In this document: piece by piece, positions 62,689 to 64,000 of the stretch
Layout: every line of letters starts with the position of its first letter
How positions within the stretch are numbered: position 1 is the first letter of the stretch
Origin: Balanoglossus misakiensis
Taxonomy: Eukaryota; Animalia; Hemichordata
NCBI GenBank assembly: GCA_040954595.2
Contig: CM082576.2
Coordinates: 1,896,760 to 1,960,759, forward strand
Length of the DNA stretch: 64,000 nt
Direction: 5' to 3'
The notes under the pieces: generated by a model
What the model was told of the DNA's origin: nothing
Databases searched by the model: none
What the model saw: only the letters and a program-made list of their open reading frames with translations
Translations under genes and position numbers: made by a program

Positions 62689-64000
62689 GGTTTTAGTCGT
62701 AACAGTGATAAAAGATAAATACACATCATCAGCGAGAAATGATTTGGGCTGGCACTCCGAGTACAGAGCCAGCAGGTATTGTTGTTGTCTGTTTATCAGT
62801 AACAACATACTGTAGACAAAATTTCCTGAAATAACTTTTTATGAATAAGGAATGGTAAATACCAATTGGGCAGTCATACATGTAGGTATTTGGGCACCAA
62901 CACTAACTGAAACTTCCCCATCATAAAACAAATTCTTATCTGGACAACTGACATGCGTTACAAATGATTGCAGTTTAATACTAGACATTATCTGTTGGAA
63001 ACACAACTGTCACATTCTTGGCATACCAGTCTCATTCAGGCAATGCCACACAAACAGCAAAACAAATACATGTACAGCACCATGCCATGAGTTTACTTTT
63101 GTTATTTGAGGCATGAAAATGTGACTGAAATATTTTTTGATAATGTTCAAAATGGTTTAATATTTTATTTGAGTTTCGAATAAAATCCTGCCTTTGGTAG
63201 TCGTTCGCTTGAATCCCAGTGCACCATTTCAACTGAAAAACATACAATTTCGGTTTTCTGATATTTCAACTTATGTTAACAAATGGTAAAATTAAGAGCA
63301 ATTTTATATAATTATAATTCAGAGGTTCACAATTCAGGAAATTGCTTTACGATAATTTAGACTGATGTTATTTGATGAAGGAAGTAAAATTAATATAAAT
63401 CAGCTAATTATGAATATTTTGACGCTATTTTTAATTTTTACAATGCTCATGTTCCAAAATGCCTTTTCAAAACAGAAGTCCATCAGTTATAATTATGCAT
63501 AAAATACTGAGGATGAATTAATCCAATTCCAGGCATTTAAAATGAAACAGCTTTTCTGACATATGTTGTGATGACAGTCTTTTTCAGTACACATATGATA
63601 TTGAGACATTGATGTCTGAAATAGACCATATACCTACATATGTTGAACACTGAATTATTCACCATATTTGACTGGTCCAAGATCTGCACTCCATATTTAA
63701 GTGCTGAGAAGTACCCACTCATATTCATGACTTGAACTCCCAGGCCCCCTGCCAACTTTTTTGCAAATTGATACACATACACATGCACAGAATCTTGTGA
63801 TGAATTGGCACATTTTCAAACATTTACCCAATAATGCTACCCACGTTACACTGCAGAGGACAGCTATGTAGTCGTAAAACCAGACCCACAAAGCATTGTA
63901 GAGGTAGATCTGCAGTGACATTGAATTGACAAACCTAGCGTACCTGGAACTATGCCATCAATGTTTAACAACCACACATACATGTATGAAAGGATGGCAA

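Overview
Intron-rich, AT-rich animal genomic DNA; gene content and repeat types suggest a marine invertebrate deuterostome (inference). Splicing GT-AG exons by hand gives five genes. (1) The 3' WD40 half of striatin (+, 820-3027). (2) A 170-aa SPEC3/stum-family membrane protein (-, 6938-9426). (3) An atypical cholinesterase with intact catalytic triad, a remodelled active-site gorge and a probable GPI-signal last exon (+, 12352-14699). (4) TMEM26 (+, 15290-19192). (5) A SIPA1L/SPAR RapGAP-PDZ gene with 23 coding exons (-, 40160-57016). The ~20-kb gap between TMEM26 and SIPA1L holds a cryptic, partly broken multi-exon gene with degenerate LDLa-like modules, a near-perfect 369-bp palindromic element with a 7-bp TSD, and a possible TATA-driven spliced transcript. 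A structurally complete Helentron-associated element carrying nuclear-receptor half-site arrays lies at 61.5-62.7 kb. I recognised no rRNA, tRNA or CRISPR array. All family calls are from motif recognition, not database searches.
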